Positions 9,900-19,368 of a DNA stretch of 52,913 bases are shown here, in pieces. The stretch spans positions 1 to 52,913 of the forward strand of contig JAEYTB010000176.1 of the NCBI GenBank assembly GCA_023434205.1, read 5' to 3'. A program made the position numbers and the translations under genes. Within the stretch, counting starts at the first letter, position 1. Every line of letters begins with the position of its first letter. Under the pieces are notes generated by a model, which did not search any database, was not told where the DNA came from, and saw nothing but the letters and a program-made list of their open reading frames with translations. The stretch is from Planctomycetota bacterium (GTDB lineage Bacteria > Planctomycetota > Phycisphaerae > Phycisphaerales > UBA1924).

Positions 9900-9925
9900 T
9901 GTAACGCACAGCGCGGGCCCGCGTA
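9900..9925 (+). promoter_or_regulatory. ECF-type promoter-like motif TGTAAC-N16-CGTA upstream of the hydrolase lipoprotein gene
   Basis: TGTAAC (9900-9905), a 16-nt spacer, then CGTA (9922-9925), 12 nt before the ATG at 9937. This matches the generic AAC / CGT ECF promoter architecture. Confidence 0.35.
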
Positions 9926-9936
9926 GCATCCCCGGC

Positions 9937-10767
9937 ATGCCTCGCTCACTCCCGATCATCGGCCTCGCGGTCGGCTCGCTTTTGACCGGGTGCATCGCCC
10001 GTTCTGACAAGGGCCCGGCGGGGAGCGCGGTGACGCGGACCGCCGCGGCGGCGGCGCTTGAGACCTACGCCGATCGGAACGTCCCGCTGCGGCGGCCGGT
10101 CGTGGTGCTCAGCGGCTACCACACGCTCCCGATCCACGCCGCGCCGCTGGCCTCGGACATCGCCCGCTCGACCAGCGGCCGGCGCGAGGACGTCCTCATG
10201 GTTTCCTACCCCCTCGCGGTGAGCATCGACGACGCGGTTGAGTCGGTGATCGAGGAGGTTGAGGAGCGCTGGCCCAGCGCCGACCCGGCGGCGACGGTGG
10301 AGGTCGATGTCGTGGGGATCTCGATGGGCGGCATCGTCGCGCGGTGGGCCGCGCTCCCGCCCGCGAGGCGGGTGCGCGACGACCAGCCCGCCGCGGCCGG
10401 GGGAGCCAAGCGGCTGCGGGTCGCGCGGCTGTTTACCTTCGCCAGCCCCCACCGGGGCGCGCGGCTGGCGCAGTCGCTCGCGATCGACGCCGCGGCGGTG
10501 GACCTCAAGCCGGGCTCGTCGCTGCTGCGCACGCTGGACCTGGCCGACCGCTCGTACGAGCTGGTGTGCTACGCGCACACGGGCGACCTGATCGTGGGCG
10601 CGACGCGCACGGCGCCGCCGGGCATGCACCCGATCTGGACGCAGGGAACGCTGCTGTTCAGCCACTTCAGCGTGGTCACGAACCCGATCTTCGTGCAGGA
10701 CACCGTCCGCCGGCTGCGGGACGAGCCGCCGCTGGTTATGCCGACGGACCCGCCGCCGCGGGATTAG
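9937..10767 (+). CDS. Alpha/beta-hydrolase fold lipoprotein (lipase/esterase-like)
   Basis: Lipobox LLTGC after the ATG at 9937 and a nucleophile elbow GISMGG. The listed ORF start at 9388 lies antisense to the sigma gene and is rejected. Confidence 0.7.
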   Translation: MPRSLPIIGLAVGSLLTGCIARSDKGPAGSAVTRTAAAAALETYADRNVPLRRPVVVLSGYHTLPIHAAPLASDIARSTSGRREDVLMVSYPLAVSIDDAVESVIEEVEERWPSADPAATVEVDVVGISMGGIVARWAALPPARRVRDDQPAAAGGAKRLRVARLFTFASPHRGARLAQSLAIDAAAVDLKPGSSLLRTLDLADRSYELVCYAHTGDLIVGATRTAPPGMHPIWTQGTLLFSHFSVVTNPIFVQDTVRRLRDEPPLVMPTDPPPRD

Positions 10768-10770
10768 CGG

Positions 10771-11451
10771 CTACTTGTTCAAGTCCGCGGGCGCGGGGGC
10801 GTCCTTGTTCATCTCGCGGATGAAGCGGTTGCTTTCCTCGATGGACCGCTCCATGTCGCGGATCAGGGCCTTGACGTCGCGGTCGAGCTCCGCGACCGTG
10901 CTCCGCAGCGAGGCGACGGTCTCGGCGTTGAGGGTGTGCTTGAGCATCAGCACGGTGTCGCGGAAGGTGCTCAGCACGGGGTCCATGGAGGACTCGACCT
11001 TGCGCATGGCCCCGAGCATCTGGTCGAAGCGGGCCCGGGTGTCGAGCATCTGCCGGCGGCTGCGGCTGCGGAGCTCCTCGTTGCTGTACTCGCGGAGTTC
11101 GGCTTCCCACTCGCGGAAGAGGTCGCGGCCGACTGTTTCAACCGAGTCGACCTTGTCACGGACATCCTCGGCCCGCGCCTCGCTGCGGTCCAGGTCGGCC
11201 TTGGCCCGGTCGTAGGCCTTCCGCAGGTCGGAGTTGGGGGCGTTGACCACGCTGCTGAAGCGCTCGAGCGCCGAGGTGAACTGCTCCTTGGCCTCCTCCT
11301 GAGACTCGCGGGCGTCCTGCACGCGCGAGGCCATGATGTCGCGCTTCTCGCGCCCGAAGACCTCCATCGTCCGGTAATAGGCCTTGCCGCAGGAGGGCAC
11401 GCCGGCGAACAGGAGCACGGTGCACAGCGTGAGCAGTGTTCGGATCAGCAT
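10771..11451 (-). CDS. DUF2959 family protein (probable lipoprotein)
   Basis: AYYRTMEVFGREKRDIMASRVQDARESQEEAKEQF...MLKHTLNAETVASL closely follows my recall of DUF2959 proteins. I prefer the ATG at 11451 over the GTG at 11466. Confidence 0.8.
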   Translation of the reverse strand: MLIRTLLTLCTVLLFAGVPSCGKAYYRTMEVFGREKRDIMASRVQDARESQEEAKEQFTSALERFSSVVNAPNSDLRKAYDRAKADLDRSEARAEDVRDKVDSVETVGRDLFREWEAELREYSNEELRSRSRRQMLDTRARFDQMLGAMRKVESSMDPVLSTFRDTVLMLKHTLNAETVASLRSTVAELDRDVKALIRDMERSIEESNRFIREMNKDAPAPADLNK

Positions 11452-11479
11452 GCCCCAAATGTACACCCGGTCCGGGGGC

Positions 11480-11896
11480 CTAGAGGCCCAGACGCTGGAG
11501 AACCCCGTCCAGCACCGAGCGGGACAGTTCCTGATCCCCGAAGGGTTCCACCATCACTTCGACGCCCGTGGTCTCTACGCCCCGGGAGGCGGAGACGACC
11601 ACTCGCGGTAAGCTGCTGTGGCGTGGGGCGTTAGCGACGATTTCGCCGGCGTCCTCGGTCGCGGTGGACCGCTGCACGGCGTAGCCGCGGGCCCGGAACG
11701 TCTGGTCCGCGGCGGCGATGACCGCGGGCACCCGGGCCGTGCCGGGCAGGTCGGCCCGGAGCGTGCGGCCCTTGTAGGTCGCCGTGATGTCCTGCTGCGT
11801 CCCCTGCGTCTTGACCTGGGGCGAGGAGCAGCCCGCAGCTGCCATCCCCACCACCCCCACCACCCCCGCGATCAGACCCACGACCATCCTGTTCAT
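11480..11896 (-). CDS. Small lipoprotein of unknown function
   Basis: ATG at 11896 is preceded by GGAG. The signal peptide ends in AAAGCSS. GC3 is coding-like. Confidence 0.6.
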   Translation of the reverse strand: MNRMVVGLIAGVVGVVGMAAAGCSSPQVKTQGTQQDITATYKGRTLRADLPGTARVPAVIAAADQTFRARGYAVQRSTATEDAGEIVANAPRHSSLPRVVVSASRGVETTGVEVMVEPFGDQELSRSVLDGVLQRLGL

Positions 11897-12118
11897 ATCG
11901 TTGGCTCCGCCATGTTTGCCGGCCCTCCGGGCCGGATGCGCAAAACATGCATCGGCAGATGGCTGGCGCGGGCATGAGCGGATCCCCCCCCCGGCTGCGG
12001 GGCGGCCCGGGTTTGGCGTCGGCGCTTGATCTACGCCCTGACGCATCCTTTACTTACCCCCCTGCCGGACCTGTCCCCCGGAAGGCTGTGGTACCGACTC
12101 AAAAAGGTGCTGATCCTT

Positions 12119-12346
12119 ATGGCGATCCGAGTGAAGTCCCGTGGCGGAGAGAGTGTCGAGGGCCTGATGCGCCGCTTCAAGAAGCTGTGCGAGAAGGAGG
12201 GCCTCACCAAGGACATCAAGCGCAAGGAGTTCTACGAGAAGCCCTCCGAGCGCCGCCGCCGGGCCGCCCGCAAGAGCCAGGTCCGCCGCATCAAGACGGA
12301 ACTGGGCCCCATGGCCAAGCCCGCAAAGCCCGAAAAGCGCGACTGA
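12119..12346 (+). CDS. rpsU: 30S ribosomal protein S21
   Basis: MAIRVKSRGGESVEGLMRRFKKLCEKEGLTKDIKRKEFYEKPSERRRR is canonical bS21. Confidence 0.9.
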   Translation: MAIRVKSRGGESVEGLMRRFKKLCEKEGLTKDIKRKEFYEKPSERRRRAARKSQVRRIKTELGPMAKPAKPEKRD

Positions 12347-12354
12347 TCCCCCAG

Positions 12355-12386
12355 CGCCACGCCCTTCCGGCGTGGCGTTTGCTTTG
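12355..12386 (+). terminator. Intrinsic terminator after rpsU
   Basis: Perfect 9-bp stem CGCCACGCC / GGCGTGGCG with loop CTTCC, followed by TTTGCTTTGG. Confidence 0.7.
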
Positions 12387-12507
12387 GTGCTCATGCCCCG
12401 CCACGCCGGGGTTCCGTACACCCAACCCCCCGTTCCAGTGTCCAGATACGGCGCCGCCGCTGTCTCTCCCGGCAATCAGCACCTCCCCTACTCGTGAGGC
12501 CCCTGTG

Positions 12508-15117
<2,610 letters not shown>

Positions 15118-15141
15118 CAACACGCCATCCGCCATCCTCCG

Positions 15142-15171
15142 AAGCCCCGGCCCCGCGGCCGGGGCTTTTTT
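15142..15171 (+). terminator. Intrinsic terminator after hppA
   Basis: AGCCCCGGCC-CCGC-GGCCGGGGCT followed by TTTTTT. Confidence 0.85.
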
Positions 15172-15316
15172 CATGGGGCCCGATAAGCCGCGGGCGTGGT
15201 GGATGCCGCCGCCACCGCGCTTTATGACGCGCGGGCGCGGACCCCGGGCCCGGCCCCGGGTGCACCCCTTCTGGCCGCACGCCGATCTCTCCTGCGACCC
15301 TCTCCAGGAGCTCCGC

Positions 15317-16966
15317 ATGCGGTCCACCAGCCTCGCCCTGATCGCCACCCTCGCCCTCGCCGGTGCGGCCCCCGCCCTGGCCCAGAACGCCCCCAGGACC
15401 CCGCAGCAGCAGGCCAAGCTGCGTGCCGCGGTGGCCGATGTCCGCCTCCGCCAGCAGGCCGACCGTGGCGATGCCGGCGCGATGGTGGAGCTGGGGCTCC
15501 GCGAGACGGACAAGAAGAACGAGGCGGAGGCGGTGAAGTGGTTCACCAAGGCCGCGGAGCTGGGGCACACGGAGGGGCTGTTCTACCTCGGGTACGCCTA
15601 CCTCGATGGCCGGGGCGGCGTCGAGCCCGACGAAGCCAGGGCCTTGGAGCTGCTGGAGCGGGCCGCGCGGGCGGGGCACCCTTCGGCGATGCTGTTCTGC
15701 GGGATGATCCGCGAAGAGCCGCGGGCCGTGCCGCGGGATGATGCCAAGGCCGCGTACTGGTACTCGCAGGCGGCCCGCCACAACGTGCCGTTCGCGTTCC
15801 GGCGCCTGGGACAGTTCCACATGGCCGGGCGCGGCGGGTTCTCCAAGGACGCCAAGGCCGCGGCGCGCTGGTTTATCCGCGGCGCTGACGCCGGCGATGC
15901 GCCGAGCCTGACCGCGCTGGGCATGATGCACGTGGACGGCATCGGCGGCTTCAGGAAGAACGAGGCCGAGGCGGCCCGCCTCTTCAGCACCGCCTCCGAG
16001 GCGGGCGACAACCTCGCGACGTCCATCCTGGCGCACGCGTACCTGGACGGCGAGCTCGGCCTTGAGCGGGACGTCGCCAGGAGCACCAAGCTCTTCTGGG
16101 CCGCGGCAAAGCGCGGGCACGCCCACAGCATGACCATGCTCGGCGTGGCGTACGTGGAGGGGCGCGGCACGCCGGTGGACACCGAGTCCGCCGTCCAGTG
16201 GTTCGAGGACGCCGTGGCGAAGGGCGACACCGACGCGATGCTGCTGCTGGGCGGCATGCTCGCCGAGGGGCGCGGTGTGGAGCGTCACGAGGCGCGGGCG
16301 CTGCACCTGTTCCAGACCGCCGCGGATCAAGGGGACGCCACGGCCCTGGTCGCGCTTTCCCGGTTCCATAGCGATGGGAAGGGCGGGCTGAACCCGGACA
16401 AGTCGCGGGCGTTCGAGCTGCTGCGGCAGGCCGCGGACCGGGAGCACCCGCTCGCGTACAGCCAGCTCGCCATCTGTTACACGAACGGCGACGGCGTGGC
16501 CCGCAGCCCCGCGCTCGCGGAGACGTACTACAAGCTGGCGATCAAGCACCTGCCAACCGCGAACAACAAGGGCAACTACGCGTGGCTGCTCCTGGGCGAG
16601 GGGCGGACGAAGGAGGGCCTCAAGGTGCTCGACGAGGCGTTCGCCGCGATGAACGAGCGGACCTCCGACGGCCTGCGGGCCGAGTGCTGGTTCTATGTGC
16701 TCGCCTTCCGGCCCGAGAAGCGCGACGAGGCGCTGGGCCACCTGCTCGCGCTCGTCAACGACAAGAATGCACGCTCCGAGGGGTGGGACTTTTCGCGGGT
16801 CGTGGCGCAGGCGCTGAAGGTGAACCCCAGGCACCCGGACGCCCGGCACCTCGCGATGCTCGCGGATGTCATCCGCGGGTCGGCGGACGCCACAGCGTTG
16901 GCGCAGTGGCCCGCGTGGCGGGAGGCGGGTGAGCCGCGTACCGCGACGGTGCCGGAGCAGAACTGA
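15317..16966 (+). CDS. Secreted Sel1-repeat (SLR) protein
   Basis: ATG at 15317 lies 7 nt after GGAG and the signal peptide ends ALAQ. About a dozen Sel1-type repeats are visible (A..W..KAAE.G...A...LG..Y..G.GV). Confidence 0.85.
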   Translation: MRSTSLALIATLALAGAAPALAQNAPRTPQQQAKLRAAVADVRLRQQADRGDAGAMVELGLRETDKKNEAEAVKWFTKAAELGHTEGLFYLGYAYLDGRGGVEPDEARALELLERAARAGHPSAMLFCGMIREEPRAVPRDDAKAAYWYSQAARHNVPFAFRRLGQFHMAGRGGFSKDAKAAARWFIRGADAGDAPSLTALGMMHVDGIGGFRKNEAEAARLFSTASEAGDNLATSILAHAYLDGELGLERDVARSTKLFWAAAKRGHAHSMTMLGVAYVEGRGTPVDTESAVQWFEDAVAKGDTDAMLLLGGMLAEGRGVERHEARALHLFQTAADQGDATALVALSRFHSDGKGGLNPDKSRAFELLRQAADREHPLAYSQLAICYTNGDGVARSPALAETYYKLAIKHLPTANNKGNYAWLLLGEGRTKEGLKVLDEAFAAMNERTSDGLRAECWFYVLAFRPEKRDEALGHLLALVNDKNARSEGWDFSRVVAQALKVNPRHPDARHLAMLADVIRGSADATALAQWPAWREAGEPRTATVPEQN

Positions 16967-17002
16967 CTCGGGCGGCGCCGCGGCGCCGGCACAAAAACAC
17001 AA

Positions 17003-17028
17003 CCGGCCACCCCTGCGGGGGTGGCCGG
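17003..17028. terminator. Bidirectional terminator hairpin, stronger on the minus strand
   Basis: 11-bp stem CCGGCCACCCC / GGGGTGGCCGG with loop TGCG. The minus strand continues TTGTGTTTTTGT and the plus strand continues CTGACGTTCTTTTG. Confidence 0.7.
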
Positions 17029-17029
17029 C

Positions 17030-17433
17030 TGACGTTCTTTTGCAAGATCCGTAGGGGGCCGCGTCAACGCGACTCCGTCGAGTTGCGCTTCAGGAACGCA
17101 GCCCTCTCGTACAGTTACCATTCGTCACTGGATCACCTCCTTCTGTAAGAGCCACCCCGGCCGTCGCCGCCCTGTACAGGTCGGCCGCCGGACTCTCTTC
17201 CCGCGGACCGTCGCCCGCGGCACACCGCCCGTTCCCTTGTGCCATCATGGCGTCCGGGAGCGGTCGTCACGCGGCCTTTCCCGTCCTACCGGGTTTTCCC
17301 GGGATGCGACGGACGCTGCCGCGTGATACTCAAGTATCGCCAATGTGTACGGAAAGGCCAGCAGTTTTGTTCCACGATTTCCGGAGGGGGCCCTGGCAGC
17401 GTGGGGCGGGGCGGGCTGATAACCGACTCCCGC
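17030..17433. other. ORF-free gap containing a 16S rRNA 3-prime-terminus look-alike / full-length SD (17130-17142) and a 6-2-6 AT-rich dyad (17325-17338)
   Basis: No ORF here has coding-like composition. GGATCACCTCCTT lies at 17130-17142, CCGTAGGGG at 17049-17057 and GATACTCAAGTATC at 17325-17338. The function and the transcribed strand are unknown. Confidence 0.5.
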
Positions 17434-17622
17434 TCAGGATTCCTCGAAGGCCTTGAATGCGCCCTTGGCGGTCTGCTCGTCCAGGTATCGTTGGAAGTCG
17501 CCCATCTTATAGCTGAGGTAGATGAACGCGTGGTGGAGGGTGAGCCACTCGATGTCCGTCTCGTCCTCGCCCAGGTCCTTCCGCAGCCGGTTCAGTTCCG
17601 CAAGCATGCGCTCAGCCTTCAT
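17434..17622 (-). CDS. Small acidic helical protein (62 aa), unknown function
   Basis: ATG at 17622 lies 6 nt after AAGGAG and 22 nt downstream of the znuB stop. GC3 is high throughout. Confidence 0.6.
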   Translation of the reverse strand: MKAERMLAELNRLRKDLGEDETDIEWLTLHHAFIYLSYKMGDFQRYLDEQTAKGAFKAFEES

Positions 17623-17644
17623 CGTTCGCTCCTTGGCTCCAACA

Positions 17645-18517
17645 CTACGCCGGTGCGGGCGTGCGCCGGGCGGACCCCGCGAGCCAGGCCAGCGCGAAGA
17701 GCCCGCACAGCACCGAGACCACGGCGGCGCCCGGGGGCCAGTCCAGCTCGAAGCTGACGACCAGGCCGCCGGCGACACCGATCACCGCCGCGAGGGCCGC
17801 GAGGGCCAGCACCGGCGACCAACGCCGGCTCAGCCGCAGGGCGATGGAGCCGGGCAGCACCAGCATCGCGGTGGCGAGCACAACGCCCGCGAGTTTCATC
17901 GCCGTCACGGTTGCCAGCCCCAGCAGCACCATGAGCAGCAGGTTCATCCGCCGCTCGTTGACGCCCACGGCCCGGGCCACGACCGGGTCGAAGCTCCAGA
18001 ACAGCAGCGGGCGTCGCACTGCCCAAAGTGTGAGCAGGACGCCCAGCGCGACGCCCCAGCCGATCGCGGCGTCTGCCCATGAGACGGCGAGGATGTCGCC
18101 GAACAGGAAGCTCTCGACCGACACGGCGGTCCTGGCCTGGCGGACCAGCACCACGCCCGCGGCCATGGTGCCCACCAGCACGATGCCGATCGCGGTGTCG
18201 GCTTCCGCGCCGGTCCGCTCGCTCATGAAGCCGATGAGCAGAGCCGAGAGCAGGCACACCGTGAGCACGACCAGGAACTGCGCCATCGCCGTGCCGGCGG
18301 TCTGCGTGGCCCCCGCGCCGACCAGCCCCAGGACGGCCGCCATGCCCATGCCGCCGAACCCCGCGTGGCTGATCCCCTGGCCGATGAAGGCCAGGCGCTT
18401 TAGCACCACCAAGACGCTGAGCAGGGCGCACAGGGTCGCGACGGCCAGCCCGGTGACCACCACGGGCCAGACCATGCCGGCCATCAGCGGGTCGTTGAGG
18501 TAGCGCAGCGTGTTCAT
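17645..18517 (-). CDS. znuB: ABC-3 family metal (zinc) transporter permease
   Basis: Multi-TM ABC-3 permease sequence (LAFIGQGISHAGFGGMG). Its ATG overlaps the znuC stop (ATGA). Confidence 0.85.
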   Translation of the reverse strand: MNTLRYLNDPLMAGMVWPVVVTGLAVATLCALLSVLVVLKRLAFIGQGISHAGFGGMGMAAVLGLVGAGATQTAGTAMAQFLVVLTVCLLSALLIGFMSERTGAEADTAIGIVLVGTMAAGVVLVRQARTAVSVESFLFGDILAVSWADAAIGWGVALGVLLTLWAVRRPLLFWSFDPVVARAVGVNERRMNLLLMVLLGLATVTAMKLAGVVLATAMLVLPGSIALRLSRRWSPVLALAALAAVIGVAGGLVVSFELDWPPGAAVVSVLCGLFALAWLAGSARRTPAPA

Positions 18518-19368
18518 CGCACGGGCTTCTCCACACGGAGCTGGACTGGCTGGTGCTGGTGGGCCGGGTCGCTGCACGCCGCGGCGGTGTGCGCATCCAC
18601 GTGGACGTCGCCGAAGATCGCGGAGACGTCGTGCCGGAAGACCTCCGCGAGCACCGCGGGGGTCAGCCCGCCGGGCGCGGCGTGGAAGTGGAGCGTGCGG
18701 CTGAGGCAGGCGACGCGGTCGCAGCCCGCCGCGACGGTGCGGATGTCGTGGCTGACGACCATGACCGTCAGGCGGAGGTCGTCGTGCAGGTGGCGGAGCA
18801 GGTCGGCGAACTGCTGCTGGCCGGCGACGTCGATGCCCACCGTGGGCTCATCGAGGAGCAGGAGCCTGGGCCCGCTGGCGAGGGCCCGCGCGATCAGCAC
18901 GCGCTGGAGCTGCCCGCCGCTGAGGCTGCCGATGTGCTGCGACGCCAGCTCCGCCGCGCCGACCAGGCCCAGCGCCCGGTCGACCGCGGCGCGCTGGTCG
19001 CGGGTGACCCGCCTCCACGGGGGCAGGCCGAGCGAGGCGCCCATCTCCACGACCTGGCGGACCGTCAGCGGGAACTTGAGTTCGGCGCTGTTGCGCTGCG
19101 GGACATAGCCGACGAGCCCGCGCCGGCTGGCCTCGGCGGGCGGCAGGCCCAGCACACGGATCTCGCCGGTGTAGCCCTCCAGCAGCCCCAGCGTCAGCTT
19201 GAGGAGCGTGGACTTGCCCCCGCCGTTGGGCCCGAGCACGCCCAGCCGCTCGCCCTCGGGGACGCTCAGCGTCACCCGCTCGAGCGCCAGGCGGGCCGGG
19301 CGCGGATCGTCCGCGGCACGCGGGTAGGCGTAGGAGACCCCGACAAACTCGATGGCCGGTCCGCTCAC
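18514..19368 (-). CDS. znuC: Metal (zinc) ABC transporter ATP-binding protein
   Basis: Walker A GPNGGGKST, signature LSGGQLQR and Walker B LLLLDEP. Its GTG start overlaps the znuA stop (GTGA). Confidence 0.9.
   Translation of the reverse strand: MSGPAIEFVGVSYAYPRAADDPRPARLALERVTLSVPEGERLGVLGPNGGGKSTLLKLTLGLLEGYTGEIRVLGLPPAEASRRGLVGYVPQRNSAELKFPLTVRQVVEMGASLGLPPWRRVTRDQRAAVDRALGLVGAAELASQHIGSLSGGQLQRVLIARALASGPRLLLLDEPTVGIDVAGQQQFADLLRHLHDDLRLTVMVVSHDIRTVAAGCDRVACLSRTLHFHAAPGGLTPAVLAEVFRHDVSAIFGDVHVDAHTAAACSDPAHQHQPVQLRVEKPVR

Noticed and set aside
11947-12507. Long N-terminal extension of the pyrophosphatase ORF (listed start 11947)
   Set aside because: The extension overlaps rpsU in another frame and spans the rpsU terminator. 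The ATG at 12508 is followed immediately by a signal-peptide/TM segment.
16693-17121. ATG-initiated 142-aa ORF downstream of the perfect SD
   Set aside because: The ATG lies 14 nt from GGAGG, which is too far. The frame reads straight through the 11-bp terminator hairpin and then antisense into the Sel1 gene with junk-like composition. The GTG sORF at 17128 fits the SD spacing far better.
17030-17433. Possibility that the ORF-free gap is RNase P RNA, tmRNA, SRP RNA, 6S RNA or a known riboswitch
   Set aside because: I compared both strands by eye against the conserved cores I remember: GGAAAGUCCGGGC / ACAGAACCCGGCUUA for RNase P, the tRNA-like 3-prime end and tag ORF for tmRNA, GGAAGCAGCC for SRP, and the TPP, B12, ZTP, fluoride and c-di-GMP cores. 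I found only partial, non-collinear resemblances. This is a manual check, not a covariance-model search.
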